From Octopus sinensis (Eukaryota), in assembly GCF_006345805.1 (NCBI RefSeq), contig NW_021823681.1, forward strand, positions 1 to 21,455: a stretch of 21,455 nucleotides of DNA. Direction: 5' to 3'. This document shows, in pieces, positions 20,337 through 21,455 of this stretch. The notes under the pieces are model-generated. The model made no database searches, was not told the DNA's origin, and was given only the letters and a program-made list of their open reading frames with translations. Within the stretch, counting starts at the first letter, position 1; each line of letters starts with the position of its first letter. The position numbers and the translations under genes are program-made.

Positions 20337-20805
20337 GACAAAATGATGGAATAAGAAAAGATGAATAACAGCAGGAACTTGGCTATAGCATGGCTGCGCT
20401 ATCAGAAAGCCTTCAGCAATATTCCGTCTGGTAGATTATTAAGTACTAGCAGTATCGCCCGGCGTTGCTCGGGTTTGTAAGGGAAATAACTATAAAAGCC
20501 TTTTTAGAGAGTTACTTCCCTTGTATAAACCGAGCAAAAATCATTAAAAATGCGGAAAAATGATGGTAAATTTATTTTAAAATCGTAGACTCATCGTAGA
20601 CGCGCGCTAATACCCAGAAGAGCTCGATATGAATCATGACTATAAGATACCCGCTTTTGGTTAAACTGCACCGCAAAATGTCGGAGTAGTTAGGAATCTA
20701 AATCGGAGTAGATAGACACACACAGAACTTTAGTTTTATATATAAAGATTTACAATTGTCCAAAGTCCAAAGATTACTATTAAATGCTCATGAATACCTG
20801 ACGAA
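20337..20805 (+). pseudogene. non-LTR retrotransposon reverse transcriptase fragment, split by an insertion at 20445-20749
   Basis: DKMME*EKMNNSRNLAIAWLRYQKAFSNIPSGRLLS | LQLSKV..MNT(W). Matches the RT segment L.IAWIDY.KAFDS.PH.WL of R2/R4/NeSL-like elements. Confidence 0.7.
20445..20749 (+). mobile_element. non-autonomous Helentron/DINE-1-like element, 305 bp
   Basis: Starts ACTAGCAGTATCGCCCGGCGTTGCTCGGG (subterminal hairpin CCCG..CGGG) and ends TTTTATATATAAAGAT. Sits between T and T with no TSD. Confidence 0.7.
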
Positions 20806-21084
20806 GACCTGATACCTGATATGCCTCCTTACTCCTCGAAAGAGAGAAAGAGAGAGAGATGCGAAACCCAGGGTAACCCCATAGACCGGCGGGATCTATC
20901 TTCATCTTGTTGGTCTACTGCCTCTATAACTTAGAGTGTGCTTCTCTTTCGGATTTATGGTTTACATATTTACATATATATACATACATTTACATATGCA
21001 TACATTTACATATAGTACATAGATACATACCTACATACAATGTACCGATATATTGATCCATTCTTGTTGCTTTTTTCCTACCTT

Positions 21085-21085
<1 letters not shown>

Positions 21086-21147
<62 letters not shown>

Positions 21148-21241
21148 TATATATACATAAATACATACATAATGAGATACATGCATGAATGCCATACATA
21201 TATACATATACATATATATATATATATTATATATATATATA
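21086..21241. repeat. (TA)n compound microsatellite
   Basis: Directly visible. Confidence 0.93.
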
Positions 21242-21254
21242 TATAATAATAATA

Positions 21255-21291
<37 letters not shown>
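21242..21291. repeat. (AAT)n switching to (ATT)n
   Basis: Directly visible. Confidence 0.93.
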
Positions 21292-21292
<1 letters not shown>

Positions 21293-21455
21293 GGAAGAAG
21301 AAGAAGAAGAAGAAGAAGAAGAAGACGAGCAAGAAGAAGAAGAGAAGAAGAAGAAGAAGAGAAGAAAGAAGAAGAAGAAGAAGAAGAAGAAAAAGAAGAG
21401 AAGAAGAGAAGAAGAAGAAGAAGAAGAAGAAGAAGAAGAAGAAGAAAGAAGAAAG
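21293..21455. repeat. (GAA)n polypurine tract running to the window end
   Basis: Directly visible. Confidence 0.97.

Noticed and set aside
20798-20875. Fourth hammerhead candidate (CTGACGA ... GAAACCCAGGGTA)
   Set aside because: Helix I cannot form, the helix II base is poor, and CTGACGA falls inside the RT relic (ACC TGA CGA, a decayed T-W-R).

Overview
AT-rich eukaryotic DNA, saturated with microsatellites and transposon relics, with no intact protein-coding gene that I can support. From recall, not a search, the repeat families resemble Octopus/cephalopod intergenic or intronic DNA. Contents: (i) many copies of three tRNA-headed SINE families, called A, B and C here, plus fragments of a fourth repeat; (ii) decayed DNA-transposon genes: two different mariner transposases, a hAT C-terminal relic and a near full-length Chapaev3-type relic; (iii) a 412-bp MITE with perfect 29-bp TIRs and an 8-bp TSD, plus an inverted relative 8 kb away; (iv) a Helentron/DINE-like element inserted at T|T in a non-LTR reverse transcriptase fragment, whose removal restores the reading frame; (v) a GC-rich 9-bp minisatellite. 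The most interesting signal is three unrelated minimal type I hammerhead-ribozyme-like motifs at 6230-6300(-), 8952-8987(+) and 15348-15415(-). Each has its own palindromic helix III (ACCATGGT, ACGT, ACGATCGT), the architecture of dimer-activated hammerheads known from Penelope-like retroelements. Almost all ORFs in the supplied track are microsatellite artefacts.
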